Shown piece after piece: positions 1 to 14,019 of a DNA stretch of 64,000 nucleotides (position 1 is its first letter; each line of letters begins with the position of its first letter). Made by a program: the position numbers and the translations under genes. The DNA lies in contig CAXHJY010000303.1 in NCBI GenBank assembly GCA_964016885.1, forward strand, positions 22,154 to 86,153, in the 5' to 3' direction. The notes beneath the pieces were generated by a model that searched no databases, was not told the origin of the DNA, and saw only the letters and a list, made by a program, of their open reading frames with translations. This DNA is from Eledone cirrhosa. Lineage: Eukaryota.

Positions 1-72
1 TGGGTGCTTTATCTGTATGCGTATGCGTATATATATATATATGTATATTATATTATGTGTATGTATATATGC

Positions 73-106
<34 letters not shown>

Positions 107-109
107 ATA

Positions 110-294
110 GTGAATTGGCAGTATTGGGAGAGGGTCGGACGCCATGCTTTGACGTATAGAGTTACGGCCCTTGCTATTCTGAGTTCAAATCCCGCCGAGG
201 TTAACTTTGCCTTTCATCCTTACGGGGTCGATAAAATAAAGTACCAGTACCGCACTGGGTAATTGCTGGCCTTGTGCCTAACGTAGAAACAATT
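110..294 (+). mobile_element. tRNA-derived SINE family A
   Basis: A box TGGCAGTATTGG, B box GAGTTCAAATCCC, central GCCTTTCATCCTTACGGGGTCGATAAAATAAAGTACCAG, end GAAACAATT. Confidence 0.88.
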
Positions 295-377
295 ATATAT
301 ATATACATATATTTATTAAAATAACATTACAGTTTAAGCAAAGAATCGCTGCTTTCACCCTTAACGGGATCTTCTGA

Positions 378-423
<46 letters not shown>

Positions 424-1434
424 TCTTTTGGGACCATTTCTCCAATGAAATAGTTTTTTTTAAAATTTAATTTTGACAAAACAAAAAAAAACACACAAAA
501 AAAAAAAGAATTTAGTAAGATAACTTTTTCGTTAAGTTGTTGTTTGGAATATATTTTAAACAAAAGGTTTATATATATATTTTTTTATGGAAAGTTTTTA
601 CATTCAAATACATCTACTTCAAATGAGAGGCTTTGTGTTATAGACCCAGTTACAGACAAGCTGGTTGTAACTTGTAATTTTGTTTTGGAATGACACTTCA
701 GATATTGTGATATGGTGATAACTCTGTGAGATACTGAGATGGCGATACATGTATATATTGATAATATTTTATAGCTGTCAACTGGTTTGATATCATTAAG
801 ATCTTAAGATGGTTTGTTGAAACATAACACCAATACTGCTTTAGTATTTGGAAAAAGATATTTCCATGAACGTCTGCCAGACAAAATGTTAAACAGAGTT
901 TTTTCTCTTTTTTTTTTAATGTATAACTCTGTTACAAAAGCCATCAGCTACACTTAGCAGTTTGTTTTTCATTCAAAACTATATTTATACAAATCAACTC
1001 ATTTAATTTTTATACACTATCTGCTGAGTTCAACAAACTCTTATTCAAATAAATCTCTTAGAATTTTAACTGCTGTGCTTTTATTTTATTTGAAAACTGC
1101 TTGTAAATCTCATAACATACATGTGTATAAGTCATGGTCTTTTTCCCATATAAATACATTGTAAAAACTTATTTATTGAGCATAGAAAGCTTCAAATAAA
1201 ATATGGTACATTGTAAATAACTATCTATAAAATATTGTTTTTGTTGTTTAACTTAATACCTTAATAGTACAATGTAATCTATCATTTACTTGTCAATAAT
1301 TAAAATATAATGATAATTTCTAAACCCCATAGATTGTTGAAGGTATGCAAACTCCTTGAACCCTTATTAGCAAAATGGGAAGCCTGTTAACCTATTTTTA
1401 CCAACCTGCCTGAAACCACTCTGGTTATATAATG

Positions 1435-2390
1435 CACATCTCAATTGATCCAGCTGGATCCCTAAGCGAAACCAGCCGAGATCATGGATGTTATCAAGCC
1501 ATCTTGCTCGGGGTCTACCCTTGGGTCTGTTGCCTGTTGCCTGTTGGTTTTGCCTTTAATATCTGTCTAGTGCTTCCTTCTTGAGACATTCAGAGAAGTA
1601 GCAGCTCTACCTGGAATGACTCTGATTTCTGAACTACACACTCTATTGAGTAATGTTACTCCAAAGACCCTTTGGAGGAACCCCATTTTGGCTGCTTGTA
1701 CTCACAATCATATTCTTTCGGTCATTATCCAAGTTTCATGACCATAGGTAAGGGTTGGCATGAATACCAAATTAAAGATTGCGAGTTTGGCTTTTATACC
1801 TACTTCTGATGACTGAATGCTGAAGCTGGTGCAGTAATGCACCAGCTCTTGCAATTCTTGCACTTAATTCAGCTTCCTGCCTTCCATCACTTGTCCCTGA
1901 GATAATTGAACTTCTCTACCTGCATCAGTGGTACTCCATTCACATGTAGAGTGCACTGCACAGTCTTTCTTGAGAGGATGAGTCTCGGTCTTCACAGCAC
2001 TGATTTTCATACCTGCCGTGCAGCACTCAGCAGCAAACCTATCAAGTGTATGTCGGAGATCACTTTCTGATGAGTTAAGTAGAACCATGTCGTCTGCATG
2101 TTCCAGTCATCTGATCTTACATCTGCCAATCTCGATAACCGTTTCCAACCAGATTGCACATATCAATCCTGTTCTTGAAAATTATGAACAGGAGAGGTGA
2201 CAATATGCACCTTTGGCAGAGCCTGACACCTACATTAAATGGTTTTGACTTAGCACCATTTATCTGAACACAAATACTAGGGCATTTATATAGAGACTTC
2301 AGGGTAACAAGGAGCTCTTTTCTCCCTTTTTGAAAACTGGGATTATCACTCCTGATTGCCATTGCTTAGATACTTTTTCAGAGGTCCAGG
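1435..2390 (-). mobile_element. Degraded RTE-type RT fragment nested in a TTAA MITE (~1388-2495)
   Basis: Minus-strand ORF pieces GVRLCQRCILSPLLFII, ADDMVLL and GMKISAVKTE; flanked by the two halves of the TTAA MITE family. Confidence 0.75.
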
Positions 2391-2539
2391 CCACCAGAGA
2401 TCCATAATTATCTCATTGTAGTCTTCAAATTTTCAAAATTAATTGATACACATAGGCAGTGTATTTCATTAGAAATATAGTAGTAAAAGGGTTTATAGTT
2501 ACCATCCATTATTATTGCCCACAAGGGCAATAATAATGC

Positions 2540-2732
2540 ATGGATTGGCAGTATCAGTAGAAGGTCAGACACCATGCTTTACAGCATAGAGTTACGGCCC
2601 TTTATGTTCAGAGTTCAAATCCCGCCGAGGTTAACTTTGCCTTTCATCCTTACGGGGTCAATAAAATAAAGCACCAGTAATGCACTGGGATAATTGCTGG
2701 CCTTGTGCCAAAAGTAGAAACAATTATTATTG
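2540..2732 (+). mobile_element. SINE family A
   Basis: Colinear with 110-294. Confidence 0.87.
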
Positions 2733-2734
2733 CC

Positions 2735-3125
2735 CCATATGTCACCTGTGTTCTATTGTATGGCTGCTCAGCATGGACCCTCACCTCAAAACTGGAAAGA
2801 AGATTAGATGGAGCCTACACTCACATGCTAAGAGTGGCCTTGAATGTTACTTGGAGAGTTTGTCTGACCAATGAGCAACTGTATGGGATCATTCCAGTGT
2901 CAGACATCATCAAAGAGCACAGTCACATTGCTAAAGATGAAATTGTTAGTGTTCTTTTGTGGTAGCCTACACAAGGAAGAGCTAGCAGAGGATGACAAGC
3001 CAAGTCCTATATCAAGCAGATTTATGACGACATAAACTGCAATCCCTTTGATCTGCTGAATATGATGAACAATAGAATTGGATGGCTATAGAGAGTCAAG
3101 AGAATCCATGCAAGCAGTGTGACTT
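2735..3125 (+). mobile_element. Degraded LINE RT C-terminal fragment
   Basis: VLLYGCSAWTLTSKLERRLDGAYTHMLRVALNVTW is an RTE-like C-terminal motif. Confidence 0.7.
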
Positions 3126-4165
3126 ATTGATTGATGGAAGTACAACAGACTATTACAGTGAATTGTCTGTATATTATTGTTATGGAATTTGCTTCCCTTG
3201 ATAAGCTCCCAAATACTTGTTTTACACAAGAAACTATATTTGGTATAATTAAATATGGAGGAGATAGTAGTGTGTACAGGATGTGGGAGCTAGATTGCAT
3301 TACTGATTTCATTATTGCTTGTGATGAAATTAATAAAATGTGTTGTTACATGTGATTAAATATATATAATAGAATTGTTTAATCCTTTAGCATTTACATT
3401 ACTCTCTATATTTACCATTATATTTTCATATATCTCACATAATTAACTCACATAATATCGAATTTATGAGATTTTGATATCATTTATTTTGAGAACAGTA
3501 CCTTAACATCTGTATGAGCAGCCGGGTACAGCCAGTTTGAACAGAAAGAGGTGAGATAATTTTGGTCGGATATGGCCAGTTTGAATGCTAAAATGTTGAT
3601 ATAGAGAATTATGACTTTATTAACATGGTTTTAACTTATAAAAGAGCTACTAAAGGATTTGTTTCCATATAGTTTTATTCAATATATGTTTAGTTTTGGA
3701 TGTTGAAATGGAAATTTCATCCAAGCATTATATGCAGTATTGATAAACACAGCCTGCGCCATCTATGTGAGTCAAGTATAGCTTAGAATGATGAAAATAA
3801 AATGAGTGTGATTTATCTACTAGTGAAACCTTTACACAAGTATATACAATATATTCATTAAAAATTGAAAGGGGTTGGTAATATATCTCATCAATATTTT
3901 TGTAATAACAATACATAATTTCAGACAGAAATGAGAGTATGACATCTTAACATTTTATATCAATGTCACTGTTTAATTCTCAGAAAAAAAGAAAACTTTC
4001 TTGCTTATAGGTAGCTTAGGGAATGTTGTTTAACCCTAGGCCATTCCTGATCAAGCAGGCTTATGATCAAACTACAGTCATCTTATTTTTTTTATTTTTT
4101 ATTTTCCTAGATCTTCCTTTTTTTTTAAATGGTAGGGTTTGCTTTACTGTTTGCTACCTCTAACA

Positions 4166-4805
4166 CAGGGGTCAGGAACCTTTTCAATCTGAAGAATCAT
4201 TCTTAGCTAAAAAAAACAACAATATGATAATAATAATTGAGACTATTGAAATCATACAATTAATTATAAACAAAAATACATACAATTAAACATGAATTTA
4301 CTGCATCTCACATATGTTTAGGTGCATTTTATCATTACACCAACACTAGGGTGTCAGTCATAACTTTGACACAACTGAAGAACCCTCACTACTCTTTGGC
4401 AAATTTTTTTATGGCTAGATGCACTTTCTATCACCAACCACTTTACTAGGTGTACTGGGTGCATTTTATTGTATCACCAACACTAAATAATAAAATTATT
4501 ATTTCTGAGTATCTAAGAGCCACTCCTAGTGGTAAGGATGTTGGACTTATGATCATAATGTCATGAATTTGATTCCTTGACTGGGTTATGTGTTGTGTTC
4601 TTCAGCAAAACACTTCATTTTATGCTGCACCAGTATACTCAGCTGAAAATGTGTACCAGTAGTAGCCAGAGGTTTAACCCTGTGATAGACTGGCACCCTA
4701 TCCAGGATAAGCACTGGCCTAATGAGCCTCTGGGTTTGAAACAGACTTTAAACTTTAGAAGAGCCATTGAAGATATGCTAAAGAGCCACAGATTCCTGAT
4801 CCCTG
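4166..4805. mobile_element. hAT-type MITE with nested SINE
   Basis: TIRs CAGGGGTCAGGAACCT and AGATTCCTGATCCCTG; SINE at ~4515-4757 inside; 8-bp target duplication not clean. Confidence 0.65.
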
Positions 4806-5231
4806 ATCTCTGCTCTCTGCTCTAGCATATCAAGCAATTATATTACAGCAGTATAATCTATTTATCCTTCTGGGATCTGAAAATTACATCAACTTAAAGT
4901 CCTCTGTATTCTGATTATGGATGTGTAAACTAGTTGTTCGGGTGGTGAACTCATGATCATAAAGTGGTGCATTGTGTTCTTGATAGGGCTGAAACCTCTC
5001 TCATTAAAACTTCTCCTATGAGATGTAACCTCATAGAAGGCCAGCTAAACCTGCATGTGTATGAGCTGTAAATTTCATTTTTTCATAGATAGGAAAGTTT
5101 AGTGAATGATAGTTGATTTAAACTCTCTTCACACTCTTAGATGAGAAGCTCTGTTGACTTTGCTCTTTCTAGCAGAGAAAATTATATTATTTCTCATATA
5201 GTTAAATGCATGATAACCTAGTGACGTGATC

Positions 5232-5573
5232 TCATCATCATCATCATTTTACGTCCGCTTTTCCCTTCTTGCAAGGGTGGGACGGGAACTGATTCTGGCT
5301 TGATTTCTACAGCTGGATACCCTTCCTAACACCAACCTCATTTACAGTGAGTGCTGGGTGCTTTTTTGCCGTGGCACCTCCACGACCACTTTGCAGTGGA
5401 ATGATAGGGACACCAGTCCCTAGCATCTCATTTCTACAGCTGAGTAAACTGGAGCAATGGGAAATAAAGTGTCTTCTCAATCAAGGACACAACACATCAC
5501 CCGGTCTGAGAATTGAACTCACAACCTTTCGATTGCAAGGCCAATGTTCTAACCACTAAGCCATGTGCCTCCA
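5232..5573 (-). mobile_element. SINE family C
   Basis: Reverse complement of 24617-24960 with (GAT)n tail. Confidence 0.88.
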
Positions 5574-5850
5574 TACAATATTTAACCAAATTGAAATTAA
5601 AAATACAGTGAAGTGAAATGACAATTTTTTTCGAGAAAGGCAAGGGAGAGAATTATGAAACTTAAATTAATTAAAAATTAAATGGAGTATCTTGGTACAA
5701 TAATTGGCAGTAAAAGTCAATCTATGCAAAATTATTGAAATTGATAAATGAATCATATACATACTAACATAACTTTCATTTCAGATTATATTATATAATA
5801 TGATTATATAATCTAATCTAATCTATTATTTGTCTCTTTTTTTTTTCTAG

Positions 5851-5932
5851 GATTCAGTCCATTAAGGAAGAATCTCAGCTGGAGACTCCGGGTATATTTA
5901 CCAAAGTATTTGATCAACATTTTTCTATGAAG
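5851..5932 (+). other. Candidate upstream exon of the PCGF3 transcript (5'UTR or N-terminal extension)
   Basis: Strong acceptor tctctttttttttttctag| at 5850; two possible donors G|gtatat (after 5891) and AAG|gtaatc (after 5932); apparently non-repetitive sequence. Confidence 0.45.
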
Positions 5933-5972
5933 GTAATCATGAATTCTTTTTCAAAAGTTTGTAGAATTTTCT

Positions 5973-6220
5973 TTAACCCTTTTGTTACCATATTTCTAAT
6001 GAAATATGCTGCAAATGTGTTTCAATTAATATTGAAAATAATAATAATGTTTGAGGTATTTAGTAATATAACTTTTTCAATAATAAGTTGATGTTTGAAA
6101 TATTATTTTCAAATTTCTTACATAAAATTATGATGGAAGGTTTTAATGAACACTTTAAAACAGACAGTTTTGTGTCATAGAACAAGGGTGGTTTTAGGTG
6201 GGTTGGTAACAAAAGGATTA
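5973..6220. mobile_element. Second TTAA MITE family (~250 bp)
   Basis: ttaacccttttgttaccatatttc...ggtaacaaaagg; other copies near 9806-10060, 16122-16659, 17761-17991, 18071, 53719-53947 and 54998-55219. Confidence 0.7.
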
Positions 6221-7059
6221 TTATTATATAAATGGTGGTGTTCCAGCATGGCCACAACACATGGGCTGGAACAGGTAAAAGAGTATTTTTTTTAATTTAG
6301 AATTCATAAAACAATTAAAAGGAACAAAAAATTTGGGGATAAAATTCTACATCCTTGGTCAGACCCCATACCTCAGTTCCATATAGCCCAAATATGACCA
6401 GGTCAACCAGGGAGAGGGTTCCTCCAACAGGAATGAGAAGGCCTTGGATTTTGGATAGATTGGTCATATGGTGCTTATGTTAAAAAAATAAATCTTTATT
6501 ACTAAAATGATGGTTGTGGCTTCTAGTAATCCTGTCACAAATCACACAGGTTCATCAAATGTGTTTAACTATAGTGTTAACCAAATAACAGACAAATGCA
6601 GTTAAACTTCTAGAAAGCTCTATTCCTCATGTTGATCAAATAAAATGAATTTCTTTTTTTTTTTATAAGATTGGATAAAAATGTTATAATTATGTATGGC
6701 AAAAGAAAAAAATAGAAATGAAAAAAGGATGGGGAGAGATGATACATGGGAACTCTACTCCTTTGGGTTGATAGCATATCTCAGCTGCTCTCTGCAGACA
6801 AGATGACAAAGGTGTTGCTACAGAGAATAACTATCAATAACTGCTACCTCAGCCATTCCACCACTTGGTGCTCCATGTTGTGGCACAGTGTCAAACTCAT
6901 TGCTTTAGCCTCATACCAAAGTGCCTCTGCCTGTAATGTAAAGGAGTAGAAGGTAACCAAATATTAAGCATTGACTGACCAATTCTATTTTGTGCTGGTC
7001 ACCATTGAAACCTCCTGCGGTTTTTGAGAATTTATTTTCTTACTTAGCAACACAGTTCA

Positions 7060-7333
7060 AAGCATGTAGTAGATATGAACTTGTGTTGCACATAGATGAT
7101 GATCGTTGGGTGAAGAAGTGCCAGTAAATCCCAGTGGAAGAAAGATGCTGTAGAAGAGGACCAGGGAAGATCTGGGCAGAGGCAGTGAGAGCTGACCGCA
7201 AATCACTGAGACTCACAGAGGAGATGATGAAGGAACGTGATGAGTGGAGAGATGCTGTGTTAAATAGGACCCATCCAACCCATGCAAGTGTGGAAAAGCG
7301 AACATAAAAATTATGATGATGAAGATGATGGTG
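7060..7333 (+). mobile_element. Degraded RTE 3' end (different subfamily)
   Basis: Encodes a WVKKC...RGPGKIW...EWRDAVL-like C-terminus followed by a (GAT)n tail. Confidence 0.65.
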
Positions 7334-8265
7334 ACTCAATAGTTGACAGGATGATACCTTAACCACTCAGCTATTTTAACTAATCAGTAATGAAGTAGTA
7401 ATGATTCCTGATTGGAATCGGACATTTCTACAAACTTCATTTGAAGAGATATTTTGGAGGAATTTTGATTTTCCCCTTTTCATATGGTATTAAAACATTT
7501 ATGAAACAATTGAAATATTGAAATTCTTAATGAAATGAATACCAGTAATATCCTGGATTTCAACTTATTAACTGTATTCCTTCTCTAAGGTATTGAGTCA
7601 TAGCAATATTAATAGCTTAAAAGTAATTGAAGCAGTAGGAATTTGGATTAGTTATTTTATGGTCTCTAATTCTATACATTAATTCCTCAGTTCAAATCCT
7701 CATAGGTGCAATTTTGCCTTTCATCCCTTTGGTGTTGTTAATTGAATATACTCCAACCCTTTACAATAATGGACACTTTTGTAGTGGGCAGCAGTGGGTG
7801 GGGTATGGTGATGGAGAAGAGTTGTAATCATTTGAACCAGCAGACTCTGTGGTATATACAATGTAGCTGATTACAGCAAGCACTAGCTTGTAACACAGGC
7901 TGCTATTGCTGCTGTCAGCTTTCAATTCATGAACTTAACCTTCAACCCAACCCTCTCACTATGGCGTTGACACAGCTGCTGCTAGTAAGAATCTTGTTGC
8001 AAATGGGCAAGGGAGTAAGTATGCTTAGAATAATGGCAAGCAGTCCCTACAAGACTAGATGTACCCTGCTGTTGCACATCATGCCTTACCAATTGCATGG
8101 CATTTATATCTAGAATTCTACTATCTTTTGTGTTAAGTAAACAACATTCTATGTTGATTTGAGAAAATATTACTTTGTGGTTGACTTGATATTATTTGTG
8201 ATGGTTATTTGTGTGATCACAGCAAATATTTAACCAGGAACAACGACACTTGATGAAATATTGAA

Positions 8266-8381
8266 GTGGGTTTCATATATGCTAGTGTGTGTGTGTTTGT
8301 GAGAGAGAGGGGGCAAGGTCCACGTGGGTTTCATATATGCTAGTGTGTGTGTGTTTGTGAGCGAGAGGGGGCAAGGTCCAC
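8266..8381. repeat. 58-bp tandem duplication
   Basis: gtgggtttcatatatgctagtgtg...ggggcaaggtccac occurs twice with one mismatch. Confidence 0.9.
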
Positions 8382-8796
8382 ACTATTTTTCTAATAACAA
8401 ATTTGATACTTTTTGTTCTCCAAACTAGAAGCTAATGGTATAGAATGACTTCTGATGGAGTTGAAGGGATGCTGTAGTGACAAACAGCATTTTCCTCTCT
8501 AGGTCTGAACACTGCAGAGAAGGATAGAAAGTGAGAGAAAGAGATATAGAGGAAGAATCAACCCCAGTACTAGACTGGTACTTTTTTTTTTATCGACCTT
8601 GAAAGTATGAAAGACAGTGTTGGTCTTGATGGGATTTGAATTCAAGGAGCAGAGAACCAGAATGAATAACACAAAGAATTCTATCCAATGTTCTAACGAC
8701 TCTGCCAATTTGCTGCCTGGAAGCTAACAATGAAGTAAAAATGAAATTAAGTATCCTTACTCTCTCTGTTGAAGGGTAAATAAGAGGTGATATTGA

Positions 8797-9004
8797 CCCT
8801 TTAACATTTAAACCAGCCGTATCCAGCCAGAATTCTCACAGCTCTTTCTGTCCAAACCAGTTGTAATCGGTCACTCATACCACTATTAACGTATTGTTCT
8901 CAAAATAAATAACATCAAAATCTCGTAGCTTCGATATTATGTGAGGTAAAGCCTTTACCGTGAAAATACAATAGTAAATATAGAGCAATGTAAATGTTAA
9001 AGGG
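8797..9004. mobile_element. piggyBac-type (TTAA) MITE, ~210 bp
   Basis: Perfect 14-bp TIRs CCCTTTAACATTTA and TAAATGTTAAAGGG, flanked by TTGA and TTAA; relatives at ~3383-3595 and 15766-15985. Confidence 0.8.
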
Positions 9005-10708
9005 TTAAATGTTATTGTCACATAGGTTAGCCCTCTTGTTAACCTCTTATTAATTTCTCATGAAAGACTGTTTTTCAGTTAATTTTGAAAATAAGAATTT
9101 TAATGCATTTAGTAAAATAGGTTATTTTTAAGCTGATGTTAAAAAAAACTAACAAAACAAATGTTCTTATAAAAAATTATGATGGAATGTTTAATTTTAA
9201 ATATGAATGCTTTAAAACAAAATACTTTATATCATAGAGTAGTATTGACACCAAATTATTGGAAAACATTTCTGCTTCTACAATATAAAATTGCTTGTTT
9301 TAAATTGTTTATATTTATCTAAAAAAACCTTCCATCATAATTTTATGTAAGAACCTCCAAACCCCAGTTTAATCACATGAAAGTAATATAAATTTGACCA
9401 CTTCAGTCTGTCACACAATGTGTGAATGTATGTGTGTTTCATGTGAATGTATGCCTGTAAGTGTGTATTTTTGTGTTTCTGTGTTTGCGCATTTATATTT
9501 ATATACTCATACATATAAATGTATGCACATATACACATATGCATCAGCATGTTGAAAAAGGTTCTAGTATTACTAAATTCCTCCAAATTCTTGATTATTT
9601 TTCAAAATTATTAAAAAAAACATAAGTGTTGTATTTCTTTAAAAATACAGTAACAAATCAGTTGTTTTACTGAAGTAGAATAATAGACTGAATGCCAAAC
9701 CATAACATTCTCTCTCCCATCGTTGTTACCATTGGCATCATCCATCTATTCCATTGTCAGCAGCAATAAATCTGGTTATTGCTAAGAGGCCTGTATACTA
9801 AATGCTTAACCCTTTTGAGACCAAACTGCTTGAAACCATCTCTGGTTCTATGATACATAGCTGTTTATTTTAAAGTGTTATATTTATCTAAAAAGCTTCC
9901 ATCAATTTTAGGTAAGGACCTTTTGTTAAGTTGTTCTAAATACCAACTTAAGAATGGAGGAGTTATTTTACTAAATCTCTCCAAATTCTTGATTATTTTC
10001 AAAATTATTTGAAAATCATAGGCAGTGTCCTTCAATAGAAATATGGTAATATAAGGTTTAACAACTGAAAGATTTGGAGTTATGTAAGCAGTTAAATATT
10101 TTTAGGTTATTTAACACAACATCCTGCTATGATTTACCAGAAAATGTCTTTTAAAAAAACAGGCTTCTTAATTAAAATGTTTGTAGTATTCTTACTAGTG
10201 GATAAAAAATTATTGCAAAAATTTGCAATCTTAGAATAAGGACTTTAATTTTTAATGCTATGTAGCCATAATTCTATTTTATATTTTTCAAGAATGTTTA
10301 GTTAATGTGGTTTCCTGAGGTACAAGAATTTAAGACCTAAGTGGTGAATTGTCAGAGAAAGTGTTTAAGAGCATTTTGTTATGGCACTTTACATCCGGAT
10401 TTCAAATCCCGTTGAGGTCAACTTTACTTTTCATCCTTCCAGGGTCAATTAAATAAAGTATCAGTCAAGTACTGGGGTTGATCTAATTGGCTTTCTCCTC
10501 TCCACCCATTTTGTTGGTTTTATACCTAAATTAGAAACCATTTATGCATCTCTGATAGAGAAAAAAACTATCTACAGTAGAAGCTGCTTATTGTGATCAA
10601 GTTGGGTCAAAACCTTTTCTATAACAATAACTAACTGATAACATTAACCAATTTATAATATATTTTAACTGGAAAGTCACTAGAACTTACTATTTGATAT
10701 CATTATCT

Positions 10709-10898
10709 GGCAGTGGATTGGCAGTATCGGTAGAGGGTCGGACGCCATGCTTTGATGCATAGAGTTACGGTCCTTGCCATTCTGAGTTCAAATCCCGCCG
10801 AGGTTAACTTTGCCTTTCATCCTTACGGGGTCGATAAAATAAAATACCAGTAATGCACTGGGTAATTGCTGGCCTTGTTCCAAAAGTAGAAACAATTA
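10709..10898 (+). mobile_element. SINE family A
   Basis: Near-consensus copy with a flanking ATTATCT duplication. Confidence 0.9.
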
Positions 10899-11057
10899 TC
10901 TTTAACTGTAAATAAGTGACTGATGTTCATTGTATATTTAAACTGGCTGTATCTGGCCACTCATACTAAGGTATTCTCGACACAAACGGGACAACCCATC
11001 TAATAACCCATGCTGGGTTAATAGACATTAAACAGCGATGATGATGATATATATATA

Positions 11058-11335
11058 TATCGTCGTCGTTTAACGTCCATCTTCCATGCTAGCATGGGTT
11101 AGACGGTTTTGTTCCATTTGATGCGGGAATGGTCGGGAGACCAGATCTCGCTCACACGGAAGCGTCTCTGGCAGGTTTTTTTTACAGCTGGATGCCCTTC
11201 CTAACACTAACCACATTTACAGTGTGGACTGGGAGCCTTTTCACTGTGTTTCTTACACGGCCACCTTACAGTGTGGACTGTTGTGTCATCAACACAGTGG
11301 ACGGAACGGGAGAGGGAGGATGGGGTAGGGTGTAC
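11058..11335 (-). mobile_element. RTE 3'UTR-only fragment
   Basis: gtttaacgtccatcttccatgctagcatgggttagacgg...ggatgcccttcctaacac matches the 3' ends of the longer RTE copies. Confidence 0.75.
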
Positions 11336-11558
11336 ATTGAGTTATTTACTAGAAACAAAATAAGATTTAATAATGTAATTTTGATTTGATATATTACAAA
11401 AAATAATGTTTTCCAATTTTTCATGCGTTACATTTTACATTGAGTACTATTGAAATGCAGAGTTTTCTTCCATAAATTATATCACTGATTTAAAATCAAT
11501 CATCATTTTCTTACAAAAAAAATGTGTTAAATGCACCAAAGCACGAGTAATTCGGCTA

Positions 11559-11591
<33 letters not shown>

Positions 11592-11594
<3 letters not shown>

Positions 11595-13866
11595 TCATCA
11601 TCATCTTCATTTAACGTCCATTTTCCACGCTAGCATGGGTTAGACGGGAGTTGTCCCACTTGAAGCAAGGCTGGTCGGGTGACCGTGTCTCACTCATATA
11701 GGACTATCTGGCACGTTTTCTATGGCTGGATGCCCTTCCTAACACCAACCACATTTACAGTGTGAAACTGGGAACTTTTTACCGTGTTACCTACACGGTC
11801 ACATTACAGCATGGACTGTGTGTGTGTTTTTTGTCGTGACACCTACACGATCTCGATTTCATTTTCTCGTGCTGTTGGTGCGAGTGGGAGGATGGGGTAG
11901 GGGTAGTGGATCGGGGTGTATATTTGGTTAAGAGGTGCCTACTGACTGAAGGTTTCGCTTTGTACATAGGCAAGGCGTGTCTTCTGTATTACTGCCTAGC
12001 GCCAAAGATCTCGGTCCAGAGACATTGTCTTAGAGAGATGTAAGTGTGTGAGGTCGGAATTTATCAGATCATCCCAGGTTTTTCTGGTTCTACCTACTCC
12101 GTAACTACCATCAATTTTGATCGCCCTGCACTTTTTTATGCAGCTGTCGTCTTTCATGCGCATCACGTGACCATACCAACATAGTCTTCTCTCAAGTAAA
12201 CAGCATCTTATCCCTCTTATTCCTAATTTCTCACTAGTTCATTTATGCTTTGCTGTTCACGTATATTACTATTACACATCCAACGGAGCATGCATGCTTC
12301 GTTTCTTTCCAGTCTACGCAGGTCCTCTGCATGTAATGCCCATGTCTCACTGCCATGTAGCATTGCTGTTCGTTTACAGGCATCATACAGCCTGCCTTTC
12401 ATTTTTAGAGAGAAACCTTTTGTGGCCAACAGCAGTATAAGCTCTCTGAACATTTTCCATCCTGTTCTGACTCTGGCTACTGTACTTTCAGAACACCCTC
12501 CACCACTGCTGATTTCGTCACCCAGGTAACGGAAAGTGTCTACTATTTCTATAGAACCATCTGGACAATAGAAGGAGCTAGTATCCTTTGGACACTTGCT
12601 ACCTATTGCAACTGAGCATCGGCCACATATAAAGTCTACGTTCTTAGATAGTTTACCTGTGATCCCACTACATCTTTTATGTACCCATACTTTGCATTTG
12701 GGACATAAAATGGAATTTCTGCCTACTCCTTTCCTACACACTGAGCATGGCCATTTCCCTGAGGGCACCTGTGCCCTATTTTCCTTTCTACAAACTAGAA
12801 CTTTAGTCTTAGACAAGTTAACTTTAAGGCCTTTTGATTCTAGGCCGTGCTTCCATGTTTGGAATTTCTTCTCTAGTTGCTTCTAGCCATTGATTCAGCT
12901 ATGAGCGTTAGATCATCTGCGTATAGGAGTTCCCATGGGCAGCCATCTTGAACTCCTTTGTTATAGCCTGAATGGCAATAATAATTAAGAGGGGGCTAAG
13001 GACAGAGCCTTGATGAACGCCAACTTTTACACTAAATTCTTCACAATATTCATTGTTAATTCTAACCTTACTGACTGTTTCATTATACATAGCTTGTATA
13101 GCTCTCACATGCCATTCATCTACACCTAGTTTTCTAAGAGCCCACCAGATAATGTAGTTGTCGTACAAGAAAAAAAGTGTCTGTGGTACTTTTACCTGAC
13201 ACAAACCCAAACTGCATTTCATCTAGATCAATTCGCTCTCTGATTAGTTGCGCTATAACTCTTTCTGTGACCTTCATGACCTGGTCAACTAACTTAATGC
13301 CTCTATAGTTTCCCCTATCTAGAGCATCCCCTTTACCCTTGTAGCAGCATCTACGCCAGTCTTTCGGTATGACCCAATTCTGTATTACTTGGTTAACTAT
13401 ACGGGTGACCATAGTGTGTCCCACCTTACCAGATGCCTTCAACATCTCAGCAACTATCTCTGAAAGCCCAGCTACCTTGCCTGTCTTCATATCTTTGATT
13501 GCCTTACTTATTATGCTACCTTTAACTTGCACCGCTGGTCCTTCTATTGGATCGATTTGGGGCAGACTATCTTTTTCCCATTTATTCTCCTCATTTAATA
13601 GTCTCTCGTAGTGACACTTCCAGGCTATCTTCTTATCAGTATCAGTGAGCGCAAGTACACCATTATCATTACGGACACACTTCTCCCCGACAATATCACG
13701 GTTTTCCTTGACACATTGTCTAGCAATCCTGAACACCTCACGTTTTTGGTCCTCACGTTGTAGAACATGCTTGAACTTTCTATCCTCTGCTACCCTTTTT
13801 GCAAGGTACACTTGTCTCCTAGCTTCTCTTCTGGCCACTTGATAGTGCTCTCTACTTCCCCCATCA
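11592..13866 (-). mobile_element. RTE-clade LINE, 5'-truncated, frameshifted
   Basis: ORF fragments 13134-13838, 12908-13222 and 12223-12816 are homologous to the 21-kb copy; internal deletion of the DLEKAFD region; (GAT)n tail. Confidence 0.93.
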
Positions 13867-13960
13867 TTTCATCATCATCATTTTACGTCCGCTTTTCCCC
13901 GCTTTCATAAACAAGAAGTATAAGTCAACAGGTTAAAATTAACTTTGTTTATTTATATTT

Positions 13961-14019
13961 GCTGTTATATATATTTCGGTGATAACCATTATGCAACAGC
14001 TATGACCTCATCAGTCAGC
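13961..14019 (-). ncRNA. Degenerate minimal type-I hammerhead ribozyme motif (Penelope-like element remnant)
   Basis: Minus strand reads GCUGA CUGAUGA GGUCAUAGCUG-loop-UGGUUAUCACC GAAA UAUAUAUA ACAGC, with AATAAA shortly downstream. Confidence 0.6.

Noticed and set aside
110-200. tRNA-like A and B boxes here and in many other copies
   Set aside because: They are SINE heads continuing into SINE bodies; no complete cloverleaf was found, so no tRNA gene is called.
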